A stretch of DNA of 61,588 nt, the filler included, from Sphacelaria rigidula (taxonomy: Eukaryota), in the NCBI GenBank assembly GCA_964200075.2. It is 7 parts of 7 records of this genome, joined end to end, with 100 filler letters (N's around TTAATTAATTAA, not from the genome) between each part and the next. Parts side by side here need not be neighbours in the genome. Positions count along the whole stretch, not along the records: positions 26,441 to 35,153 come from CAXNAA020010297.1; positions 35,254 to 43,965 come from CAXNAA020010298.1; 5 more parts are not named here. One strand, 5' to 3'. Below the pieces are notes generated by a model. That model was not told the origin of the DNA and searched no databases. It saw only the letters and a program-made list of their open reading frames with translations. The translations under genes were made by a program, and so were the position numbers. This document shows positions 26,538 to 39,100 of this stretch, piece by piece; position 1 is the stretch's first letter, and every line of letters begins with the position of its first letter.

Positions 26538-28330
26538 CCCCCCCCCCCCCAAAGTGCCTGGTTGGAGGAGGTGAAATCCTCACGTAAATCGAAATGGAAA
26601 AAGCCGAGTACAACGAGCAGCTGGGATTTCCCACGCTCGGGTTCGTTCTCGCCAATGTCGCCCATAATATGAGGCGCTTCATGCAGCCTGAACCCCAACA
26701 CCGGGCGCTGTATGACTATTTTTTTATTAACATTTCGGGCTGGTTTTGGGGGGGCTATCGTAGAAAGTGTCCCAGGGTGTGATTTTTACAGAGTAGTATC
26801 GGCCCGCTATCACTCGAAAGCAGGCTCAGCTTGGCTGTTTTCTTCTATGCGAAAGGAGAAACAACACCGTCTTGTACTGTATAAACGACACTCAGGCAGT
26901 GCCCAGCCTGCAGACGTCAGAATTCCCAAAATATTTTTCAACCCCCCAGATTAATCATTCGAAATGCAGCGAGAGATACCAGGCGTCACACAGCAGGAAC
27001 TACAATAATGTTCACACCAAAACAAGGAAGCATGACTCAACCCTTTGGCCGTCAGGGCGGGTGATCTCGTAGATCTAGTTTCCCTGTTTAGGAAGCGAAT
27101 AGTTTACCCATTGAACCTGAACATTCCCCCCCCTTGAAGCATGAGCGTAAACCCCAAGTGACCCACATTCCGATCGTCAAAGGGTTCAAGCGGCTGAAAC
27201 AACAAAGTCGGGTCGGACCCAGAGTATCACAACGAAAACTCAGATGTATTCTGGATACGGCAACTAGTATAGCATTCGGTTAATAGTGTCTGAAAGCACA
27301 ATGACGGAGTTGCTCGGTAAGCTGTAAGCACTCTTAACTCTTAGGCTACGAATCCCCCGGAGATGGACTGAGATGGACTACAGTATGCTACCCTTGGGGT
27401 TCAGAACGGCTGTTTTCTCGCTACACGAAACGCCCTTTGTTATGAACATGTGGATTTTGGGCATCTATAGAGAAAACAGTCCCAGAGAACCACTGACTGT
27501 GTTTTATCCTGCAGTCAAGTACATGCGGAGTCAGTATATGTATGATATGCTGTATGTCTTCGCTGGGTACAACGGCAAGAGAGTCAGCGTTGGCTCGCCA
27601 TTGAACACAGTCTACTGCACGCTTCTGATGTCTCTGCCTAGTGTTGTACAACAACACTACAGGCAGTGTGAAGCTGTTCTGGCAACACAGAGCGGTCAGA
27701 CAAGCGGCAAAGACCACGAACAAGGCAAGAAGCGCGTTGCTTGTTTCCCTAATATTTATGAATGAATGGTCATGGCTAACATATTTATAGGGCTAGACGG
27801 CGAGGTGGTCTATCTGGAGTCCATCTGTAGGGGGAAAAGTGACCATTCTGATCAATCACAACTCTCAAAATTGCCACTCCGCTCCTCTCGGGCCTTGTTC
27901 CTGGCTTCCAGATACACATGATTGACTCACGAGCTTTTCGGTTGTTTTGCGAGCAGGCCCGTACCTCCCTCTCGAAAACCACCACCCCCCGGCCCCTGGA
28001 AACCCCCTGATGTCCCTTGGCTGTCAGCCTGTGAAAGTGTCCGAGGCGACACTCGCGGTCTAAGGGTTGACCGGTCTTACAGCGGAGTTTTTTTCTCCCC
28101 TGTTCCTCAGGTTATCTGTCCCGTACCTTATGTACACACAACACAATGATTTCCATCGGTCAGGGGTACATATTATTAGTACTGCACCATCATTACCAAC
28201 TAACGAGCTGAGTTGAATATATCTCTGCGCGCTTGGGCATGGATGGAGGGCGATAGCACCAGAAGAACGCTGAAATCCGTAAAATATTGCCTTGGAGTGA
28301 GTGTCCGCCATAAGAAAATTCAGTAGCAAC

Positions 28331-28574
28331 GCTACGGTAGGGGTGCGCTTTTTGCGCAGAATCTTGTCTGGTTCAGGGGCTCCTAACGATTAGAGATGCA
28401 CAAGAATGTGGGTCGGGGCATCCCCGTTTGCAAATTCATTCGGGATATCCTTAGCACATTGGAATATCAAAACTGGCGCATTCTCACAAATTTCATACGC
28501 TGTGTTCCGGATGAGATGAAGGGCTCCGAACAATTCTAACCTCAGAGAATATTTGGACACCCTTCCGTAGCATC
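28331..28574. mobile_element. MITE with TIR (GAT)GCTACGGTAGG; inverted copies at about 34044-34293 and 42927-43174
   Basis: Shared core TCTGGTTCAGGGGCTCCTA...GATGCACAAGAAT.TGGGTC.GGGCATC.CCGTTTGCAA.TTCATTCGGGAT. Confidence 0.85.
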
Positions 28575-29004
28575 CCTGTCAGGGAGGGGGATCGGGGGAA
28601 TTCAAACGGTAAGTACGGTTAACCCTTAGACCGCGAGGATAGTCTATCTGGATCAGGCATACTTTTTCCAAGTGAAATTGATGCTGATCCCACATATGAC
28701 CTACTCTCGCTGTCTAAGAGTGACACAAGAAGAACCCGGACATCAGACGAAATACATTTGCTGCAAGTTTGGCGGGTTCTATACCAGGATCAGGGCACCC
28801 GCCCGCATAGCACTCGTCATCATGAAGTGGGAACAGCAGCTGCGGTAGTGTCCGTTGTCTACAGCTACGTACTGTCTGTTCTACCCTAACCTGTGTTGAC
28901 ATGTACTACACAACGCTGCCTTCACTTCTTTTCTGTATGTATGTGCCGTACAGCACAGTATCTTGCCGCCGTTCCTGCAAGAAAAGTATGTCCGAGTATC
29001 GGTA

Positions 29005-29263
29005 GGGGACACTTTCTACGATAGCCCCCTCCCAAAAAGTGCATGGTTTTGGGAGGCAAAATCTTTACGCAAGTCGAAATGGGAAAAGCCGAGCACAACG
29101 AGAAGCTGAGAATTCCCACGCTTGGGTTCGTTCTAGCTAATGTCGCCAAAATGAGGCGCTTCATGCAGCCTGAACCCAACCATCAGACGCTGTATGGCCA
29201 TTTTTTTCGTGACACTTTTGAGCTGGTTTTGGGGGGGGGGGGGGGGCTATCATAGAAAGAGTC
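29005..29263. mobile_element. MITE with TIR GACACTTTCTACGATAGCCCC; relatives at 26538-26773, 29355-29696, 41545-41776 (-), 43895-43965 (-)
   Basis: TIR pair plus shared core AAAAGCCGAG.ACAACGAG.AGCTG...ATGAGGCGCTTCATGCAGCCTGAACCC. Confidence 0.8.
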
Positions 29264-30810
29264 AGGGATAGCCGGGACCGCACTCAATGCGGTGTCAGCC
29301 GGTGCGGCAACAGCCCGTGGTTCAACGGGCGCAACAATCGGGGCAAGAAAGATGCCGCGATAGCCCCTAAAGAAAAATGGTGGCAGGTTTGAGGACGCAA
29401 ACCTACATGAGAATCAAATGATGAATAAAAACCGAGCACACCGAGCAGCTGGAACTCCCAAGATTGGCATCGTTTTCGCCAACACCGCCTATATGAGGCG
29501 GTTCATGCAGCATGAAGTCAGCTATACGATGTATCTTGGCTGCTGCATGGCCATTTTTTTCGTGACAGTCTTGGGGCTAGGTTGGGGGCAGGGGGTGGGG
29601 AGTGTTGTACGAATGATTTTGCATACCGTAGTCATTTTGACTATGAGAGCAGAGGGGCGGGCGGCGGCGGCGGCGGGGGGGGGGGCGCTATCGCGGGATC
29701 ACTCAGAACAACCTCTAGGGTAGAACCCGGGGCTGCAGCCGCTGCGGTAACATTTTCCTCGAATGTACCCTCTAAATCTGAGATGAGAATCTCAAGTGCT
29801 GCTGCATGTGGTCATCAATATCTATCGAGGACACCACTTCCGTGCGACATCGGCTGTTGTTGCCATCTATCTCTGAAACGGTTTCAGCCCGCACATTCAT
29901 GTCAACACATACGCGGTACGGTCGGCGATACACCGACCAGTACAGTATGCACCAAGAAATTTACAAGTGCTTCGTGTGGGCCTTACCTATGTTACAGTAC
30001 GGGTGCCGCCACTCTGATGCTCGATCGAGCAGCGGCCCTTACCTTGTCATTTGGTCCACACGTAGAAGATGACTCCTCGGTTTGGTACAATCTAGAATCG
30101 GCGTTTTTTGCTTCAACAGCTTGCTCTGTGATATATCTATATATCCATCACCTGTTTCTGCGCTGTGGTGGAAAGTGGAATGCGAACCCCTTCGAGACAT
30201 AGCTGCGAATGTTTTCTATAGGGTTATACCAGTAATGGCGTGCTTTTGTGCCCCAAGAGACCTACAGACTCATCCACGTTGTGATTCACCGGGGGTGGAA
30301 CAACACTGTGCGGACTACTACGAGTATGTGACAACAACTATGTTGGACGTTTTGCCGTTGTTTCTTCAAACAGGTCTTCTCGATTCTGAAACCCTTTGCT
30401 GTTCTGTGCGTTGACTCTGCCTCTCTATTGTTTCTATGTTTATGCTTGTGTGTCTACTGTGGGAAGTGAACACTCTACAAAGTGCTACACACAGCCAGCG
30501 GTCAGTCGTCACTTACAGAGCTGTCGCTGTCTCATTGGTGCGTTCGTTGTGCCGCACTTCAGAAGTATTCAGCCAATCAGATTATGCCAAGCGAAAAATA
30601 GCCCGAATTTGCGACACATGATTCAGCCGTTCTGTCGTGCTTTCTCCTTCTCTCCCTTTCCTGCTCGCTCTCCTCCCCCTTTTATTCATTCTACAAGCAC
30701 CACAGTAACCGCTCGGATATAACAAGGCATCTACCCACTCCTCTCCATTCAACAAGCACTCCCCACTCACTGTACATTCGAGTTTGATTCGGGCACCTTC
30801 TGCGACAACC

Positions 30811-33800
30811 ATGGGTATCATTATCTCGCGTATCCTGGACATCATCAACGGTCTCCAGGTGAGAAGCAACGGACGGTGTTCCATGTCCTCTCACTATCAT
30901 ATACAGTACGCCCACAGCATGGTACGCTAGTGTACGCCGTAACTTCTCCCCATAAGTCTAGACACAGTCATCCTGTTTCTTTCATGAACGGATAGTCCGA
31001 GTGAAACGCTCGGCCAAGCAGTGGAGAGTTGCTCCCTTCTCTTGCAAGCGCATGCAGTTTTGTATGTACAGTAGTGGGAGTTACAGTGCAGTAGTATACA
31101 GTAGTGGGCGCCTGAACTATTCATTTTGTAATTTTTTCGTAATTGGTAATTGATGTTTTCCTTAGTTTCTCTCGCTTGCCACCGCTCATCAACTGGGGAT
31201 CAAGAGATACTTGTATCCGCTCCACGTTCCAAGAAAAAGAAAACACATCTGTATTCAGTATTGAGTGACTTACAGGCTGACCGGTGATCGGTGGACCTGA
31301 CACGTTTTAGCCCAGATTCTGACTCTTCGGTATTTCCGGTCGATCGAGCCTGTCCCGATCGTATTTGTGAAGAAATGTGAAGGTTCGTTTTTTTAATTTA
31401 TACCTAATCATTGCACTAGAGCCGAAAAACTGTGTGTTCACGGTCAATATCAACCTCCTGATAAACGGGGTATCTACTCGTATCGCCCGATAAAACCAAC
31501 TTGCACTAACTTGGGTACTGGGGGGGGGTGGAAAGGATACGTTTATTGTACCAAAATATACCGACGCTAGCACTTTCGAGCTCTATCGAAAAGTAGTTGC
31601 GGGAAAAAACCCTTCTGAACAAAAAATAGTTGAGGTGCCCAGTATTTATGTCGACATGATACCCTTCGATTGCCGCCTGGAACTACGGAGAGTCAGGAAT
31701 GCCGGGCAACCCTTGGGTGACCTTCAATTATTGTCTCTTGTCCAGTTCTTCACCGAAAAATCGGCTTACATTGTTCAAGCTTATGGTAATGTTAACCTGT
31801 TTTTGTGTTGTCTAAAGTATATATCGTCTTGTTGCATCGAACATAGATAGTTGTTGGGCGCACGGCATTATGCTGTGCTGTATGGTAGTACTCGGCGGAC
31901 AACGTAGTCGACTTCCGTTTTGGTTTCTTGCATAGTTTTTCCCCTTAGCGCGCCTAGAGCCGATGAGCATGGGGAAAGTAAACGGATTGCGCTCAGGACA
32001 CAATCCCCAAGTCGTCGTTTTCGAGCTGATGGCGAGTAAAGACCTCGTTTATCACGAGGGCATTGTTGACCGTCAACGGTCTAAAGAACACAGCTTTTCG
32101 ACTCTAGCATAATGAAGAGGTAGAATTCAAGTCTTTTCTTGTCCTGAGAAACGATCGGGATTGGTCCAATCGACCGAGAATGCCAGAATGCGAGTCAGAA
32201 CCTGGGGCTGTGTAGTCGCAGGATCTCCGAGAACCGGTCACCCCGTAAGTCGTTCAATATCAACTGATATTGAATGCAGGCCTGATTTTATTCTCGGATT
32301 GTGAAGCGGATGCTAGTATCTCCCGATCCCCAGACTTTGAGATCAAGTTACAAAGTTTGTCACTGGGGCGATGAGCGGTGGCACGCGAAAAACCGCACAA
32401 TTTGTCAAACTACAAAGTTCGCTAAGTTTGCCTACGACTGTTGCTGTACTCTATTATTTTTATTTTTGCCATGTATTGGTGTGCTGTCGTGACTTTTTGC
32501 CCTCAACAGATGTTGCTCTTATACAATATCGAGCGATCGAGGAGACACTGTTTGTCGCTGCTTTTTTTTTTGCTCATCAATCGGGGATCTGTGGTACATC
32601 CATGCTTTGAAAACGATATTGCAGAAGAAAAGCTTATGCTCGCTTCATACGGCTCATTCTTGAACGAGGAATATTGTTGTCCCCTCTTACTGCTGTTGCT
32701 TTGTTTTTTTGTGAGCAGGAGAAGCGCCTGCTCCTTCTAGGCCTTGACGCTGCGGGCAAGACGTCTCTCCTGGTGAGTGGGCATCGCATGAATAACTATG
32801 TCAGCTTGATGTGTATAGGTATCAACCCTTCGGTCGACCGTCTAGCAGATTGATTGATCGATTGATTGTTGCACTTTAACTGACCCCCCCAGGGGTCCAG
32901 TGGTCTCATGATAGACGTACCCAAGAAAAACAAAACTGAAACACGCTCTGAGAAAAATAGAAGGAACAGCAGAAGAAGCCAAAATTGCCGGTTGACGGTT
33001 TCCCTGTGAATGAATGCAGCAGCAGCGTGGTGAAACCATATTGTCTGAAACAACAGCAACAGACCGCTTGCTTATTTACAACATAAATGGCGGGGCGTCG
33101 CAATGATCTGGGCAAAATCGGGACATGTTCAGCGGGAACCCGGATTTAACAAGCACGTTACATCTTGAATAGGGGGTAAAATGTAGTCTCGGCTCTTTGC
33201 TGTGAAAGTTGTCCTTGCTTGTCTCCATTGGACTCAGCCTTGGTGCGCCCATCTTCTGTGTGACGATGAACGATGGGGTCTCTGGGCAAGTGGAATGCTA
33301 CCCGCCACTTTATAGGGTCGATGTTGCTGCAAATTTAGGAGTTGGTTGTCACTAGTCAGGAGGTGGTGACCGCTTCCCATCGCGACGTTATGCATCTTCT
33401 GCTGCCCTCCATCGGTGCTGTCGTGTTCTCTTGGCAGCAAAACATTCTGATCTTCACGAAGAGTCCCTCATGCAGGCCCCAAAACGTTCTCACTTACACA
33501 CCACTATTCTTCTCACCCTCTCCCTCCCTCCTCAGGAAGAATCCACTGTCACACAGGATCAAGACATCCATATCTCTCCCGTGAAACGCCTGACAACGTA
33601 ATATCAAGATTTGGACCAACATTGCCGCACATCATCGCCCTTCCTTCATCTAATCGCTATACCAAGTAGACGAAATAATTAGAATACTCTGACACTATTC
33701 TTCCCCCCAACACACACACACACACAATTTCGCCACCCGAGACCCACCGGCATATCCTGATTTCGTCATCAAATGCTTTCCCACCCTCCCGTCTATATTT

Positions 33801-33920
33801 GATGCTGTCATCACCGGCCACACAGTACAAGCTGCAGCTCGGCGAGAACGTCCACACTATCCCAACCGTGGGGTTCAACGTTGAGCGCGTGGAGTACAAA
33901 AAGATGGACATGACGATCTG
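30811..33920 (+). CDS. ARF-family small GTPase, 5' part; exons 30811-30858, 32719-32772, 33826-33920; remainder lies beyond the contig end
   Basis: Spliced product [66 protein letters not shown]. It has Gly2, P-loop GLDAAGKT and switch I PTVGFNVE, with canonical GT-AG sites. Confidence 0.95.
31261..32257. mobile_element. About 1-kb non-autonomous DNA transposon with long imperfect TIRs and TA flanks, in ARF intron 1
   Basis: TA|TTGAGTGACTTACAGGCTGACCGGT ... ACCGGTCACCCCGTAAGTCGTTCAA|TA. Complementarity extends more than 100 bp. Confidence 0.75.
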
Positions 33921-34889
33921 GTGAGGAATACATCACTAGCTGCACTACGCCGGGATTGCGGCGCTCCTTTTCGTTGTTGTACCGCTGACTACAAGTGCAT
34001 TCTAAGATGCGTGTTATGGCGCCGTTCACTTCAAGCAACGAGTGATGCTACGGTAGGGATGCACACATATTTTCTGAGGTTAGAGTTGTTGGGAGCCCTC
34101 TACCTCATCCAAAATATGACTTTTGAAATATGTGAGATTACGCCAGGATTACTATTCTAATATGCTGGGGATATCCCGAATGAATTTGCAAACGGGGATG
34201 CCCCGACCCACATTCTTGTGCATCTAGGAGCCCTAGGAGCCCTAGGAGCCCCTGAACCAGACAAGATTTCGCGCAAAAAGTGCACTGTAGCATTGCTCCA
34301 ACGTCTGCTTAGGAGCAGCATGATCGCCATCAGAACGATCACTTGCGAGTATCCATCGCCTGTTCAGCTACGCGTGACTCTATATTGTAGCGGTTCTTTT
34401 CGTATTTCCTCAACGTTCCTGTATCGACAACTGCAGCAACGAGTGCGCTATGCTTTTATGCCCAGGTGCTTATTTGTCCCGCTTGCGGCTCGTCACTCCG
34501 CTCGTCGCTGGCTTATTACTGATCGGTACCAAGACGTGGAGATAAAAATTAAGGAGGATGACGCACAAGCGCCAGTCAGTCAGCCATTGAATCAGTCGAT
34601 CGGTCGGTTTTTCACATTTCAAGCAGAAAGTACAGCTACTCCGTTCGGCCAACTACCACTGTTAGTCGCATGATTGAATGGTGATCGATTAATTGTCGCA
34701 CATCAGATGTCGAATGTACAGAAAAAACACAGAGTATCATTGTTGCTGTTGAAAAACGCTAAGTATGTGACGTCCGGGGTGTAACGTCTGAGGCAATCAG
34801 AATAGCCTTCGGCTAATCAGCTAGCGTTGTACAAGCATGATTGCCCAACATGCAGGAATGTGATACCTTCCTCTTAGATCCCTCTCCGC

Positions 34890-35034
34890 CTATAGGAATG
34901 CGAAGTCAATGATCGCATGACTGTGACACACAAGATCTTGAGTACACCCCCCCTCTATTAGGAGTAGGAACAGTGCTCCGTCTCGAAAGGGATGCGTGGT
35001 CAATGGTCAACCGACTAAGGCCGGCAACAAATGA
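34890..35034 (+). mobile_element. Tandem LINE tips: family B end, C-run, then family A end
   Basis: GGAATGCGAAGTCAATGATCGCATGACTG...GAGTACA-CCCCCCC-TCT-ATTAGGAGTAGGAACAGTGCTCCGTCTCGAAAGGGATGCG. Confidence 0.75.
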
Positions 35035-36175
35035 TGGTTAGACACCCATGAGGCAGTGTATAAGCCATGGCTGTCTGTGATTGTAGGTTGTCATCCATAT
35101 GCAAGGTATTTAGCAGGCTTCGGGCCGAACAATCTTAGCAGGATGCAGCTGACNNNNNNNNNNNNNNNNNNNNNNNNNNNNNNNNNNNNNNNNNNNNTTA
35201 ATTAATTAANNNNNNNNNNNNNNNNNNNNNNNNNNNNNNNNNNNNNNNNNNNNTAGATATCACAGATACTCCGTACTAGCCAAGTTGCTGCCTCTTTCCT
35301 TGGGCTGCTGCCGTCAGCCAGCCTGACCCGGCCTCAGCGCTCGGGCCGAGGCCGGAGGAGGGAAGGTGATATATTCTACACCGGCATCATATTCAAAGTT
35401 CAAATTATCCAGAAACATAGCATCATATCTTACTCGAGATAACCTGCTACATTTCGAGATACAAACGCAGACGCAGGCTATACGTTGTAGTCCACTTGTA
35501 ATGTTAAGAATATCTCCTTGTAAAAGGATGGAGAATCCGTTGGCCGAATATACGATCTCTGAGAGTGGTCCGATGAATAATATTATCATTGGATAGCCAA
35601 GCGATTCCGATGCGTAAGAAACGATATCCCTATCAACGCAGAGGATGGTGATCATGTCCTTCAACATTCACATGCACCTCTTCCGAAATTACCATCCGAT
35701 AAACGTACATTGGATCGAAGTAGTCAGTTTCGGAAATCGACCCACGACATTCTCAACCCTAACAATGCCGTGATGTGTTATCTAGACAGCCGCATACGCA
35801 CATACCTATACAGAACGTTGCCGAGATACAACCATCCCGCTAACGGAGACCGTCTCGCCTCCGATGTCTGGCGCGAGGCCATCATAATGCATGTCTGTCG
35901 TGTGTCTTTCGTAATTGCATGTATGTCGCTTGTGCTCAATGTTAGAACCAGTAATAATAAGACCATCGGTAGGAGTGGCATGCTATTGTTCATAAGAGTT
36001 GTTGGTGTTGAGTGCGCAACCAACCTTATGCTATACCGGCAACATGGACCGTGCGGGATACATCTTCTCCATTTGTCTTCGATAACAGAAGCCCTGTATG
36101 AGTTCAGCCATTGGGATCCTTGTCCCTACCATCCGATAAGCGTGCCGCAGAGAAGAAGTCAGCACACCGGCACAG

Positions 36176-39100
36176 TTGACTGAAATATTGGGCAGCAATT
36201 GGGAGGACAACCTCTGGAAGGACGACGGAAAGAAGAGAGGTGGGGAGGAAGACGCAAACGAGACATGGAGGAAGCTCCTCGATTACGTGGAGGGATATGT
36301 GATGAGATTCGTCCTCACACCCCCAGGGGGGGCGCCGTTGAAGAACGAACCGCCTCAGCTCGGGTCGCTGGTGACGCTCGTGTTCTCCGTGGCACTTTAC
36401 GACCGAGACTGGCCATTGCAAGACGTGGTCCTCGATCGCCTCGCATTCGAGGAGGAGGAAGGGATCAAACCGGTGAGCGCCGCCTGTGCGACATTGAGTG
36501 GACTATATAGTGGACCATGCTCCCACGACAGTTTTGGTGTCCAAATAAATTATAGTCTTCCTTCTGGTCGGGTCGGCGTACACGCCCCTGTTTCATGTCA
36601 CACCCAGGACGACATCGCTTGTTCAGACCACAGTGGTGTGATGTTACGCTCGCTGCCTGTGCCTATAAATGAACGTGGGCCCCATTGTACATGATCTGCG
36701 TGATTAACCTAGCCATATAACCATCTGGTGTCATCTCGCCAATTTTGCCTCATACGCGTCATGTTCGACAGCCGATGCAGGAGTCGTCGCTGGGAAATCT
36801 CCAAGCCTACTCTTACTTATTTGGCCTCGACAAACGCTGCTTGACTGATGGTCACCTGCACAAGCTTGTCCGGGAGAATGGCATCAACCAAGCGGTCATG
36901 ACCTACTGTCAGGTATTGAAGCCGTTGCATCTCGCGAACGATGTCGCATCCACCTTCATCAGCGGAGCGCACATGGACAGAGGTCATCATAGTCAACTCG
37001 ACGAGACCGGTCGTATTTTGAGGGTGAGTCTGCGGGTGGCGACTGACGATAAGGAAGATGCCGACAAGATAACCTCGTGGCGGTGGCATCAACTTCAGTT
37101 TGATTTTGCTACGGCACCCGCAACGTGGATTCATGAGCAGGAAAGCCGTAAGGCGATACAGTCATACACTTACACGGCTACGAACCCCAACGCGTCGGAC
37201 GGGGCGAAGGAAGCAACGGGGAACGTCTTCGATTGGCTCGACGCCGCATATCACCGGGTGTTCAAGGACGCACTCAGCGGGGCGAAGTCCACGACTTCGG
37301 CGACAGCCCAGGGACGGATTCAGAAGAAGAACCCGCGCCACAGCAACAAGAATTCGTTCACTATGGGAATGAGGGAAGTGCCCTACGGGTCTGCGTGGGC
37401 GCACCCATACATTTTCGACAGTATCACCATGTACGAATTCGTGAGTGCATGAATTGTTCGCAACAGCGACCGGTTTACATAACATGCAGATATTGTGAAA
37501 CCTAAACAATACATTAGCAGCGACGTCAGTATATCCGACGCAGGCATGGAATGGGTGCGCTCCCAGTCAAACGGGGAACGAATGTCTTACAATAACGAAG
37601 ACATATGAGACTCGGTTCCTGAAACCGACCCGCGTGCATCATTCAAATCGTAAAAAATAAATGTATTATGCATCATTCAAACTCCGATAGTTATACGCTT
37701 ATCGGCATGCCATTTGGGAATTCGTTCGTCCCTGTGTGTGATGCCAATAGTCAACTTGAGATGCATGACTTACTTTATCCACGGAGCAGTATACCGGCGG
37801 ATTAACTGGGATGTAAAGGCTACCATCGACAACTCAGTCCCACAAGCCTCAGGAGCAAGAATGACATATATCTGGCAATCGCCCATCCCCATGCACATTG
37901 CAGATATTCTCTCCGTTTTCCAGTTGAGGTTCATGCAGCCACTGTCTGATATATCCATACCTTGGAGCAGATGACGGATACACCACAAGGAGCCAAGGAC
38001 ACGACGAAGGCGGCGACCAGACGGAAGCTCGTCGTCATATATGCCCTTCTGGGGATGCTGCACACGCAGCATCTTGCGGAAGGGTCTACGGATGTATGCG
38101 ACGATTTTAGAGCCGTAGTAAATACCCTCAAGTGTGAGGATGATGCCCTGGAGTTCAACAAGCTGTTGGTGAGTGATCTGCCCAAACACCAGGTATATGA
38201 CGGTGGCCCACGTTTCCTGACTGAGACGGAGAGGAAGTACATCAAAGGCGTAATATTCCCTGGCGGCATCAGCGACGCAGTGGCCACGAAGGCGGATGCT
38301 GCTCTCACCATCGAACGAGCAGCAACCCTACCCGGTGAGTTCTTACAATCCCTCGATAAAATATGATTATTCCAGATGTGTAAATGTGTTCGCGGGTGAC
38401 ACGCGGGGCCGTCGTTTCAGTAAGAAGCGCGACAGATCGTTTACGTTCATAACTTACGTGGTGCACGGCGTATTGCACTTTAAATGGTCACATAATGGTG
38501 ATGAGCATCATGGACTGCCATACTCACTTCACGTCCGAATATCGGATGGGAGGTGGTCATCTACTCACTCGTTATTCGATACGTTCATCATTCCGTCACT
38601 ACTCGCAAAATTTTGTGCATCACGCACAATTGTAGACCGACAGTCGCTCTCCGAAACCGGGAGAGAGAATGCTCGATACCCATGGATCTCATCAGCTGTT
38701 GGATAAACGGGGGATGGTCCCACACACAACGCGGAGTCACAATATGTCCTCATCGGTTATACTCACTCATCGCGGTAGGCGAATCTTGTTACACGCCACA
38801 AGATGTAACACACACAATAACTCTAACGACATACAAGGGTAACACACACTCCCTCATCCTCTCTCTCTTATCTCTGCACAGACGTCAACATTGAGGCGCG
38901 CACCATTGAATTCAGGATCGACGACGACGAGTCTCCGCCGACAACGATGCCTGTACCTCTTCCTTTACGTGAGGCGCTCGAGAAGATCATTGGCGGGTCC
39001 GATGGTAGGATTCACCTAAGAGTGAAGAAAAATGAGACCCACTGGTGAGTTATTCTCCCGACATCATTGACCTAACGCTACCGCCCCCCTCTCTACCCTC

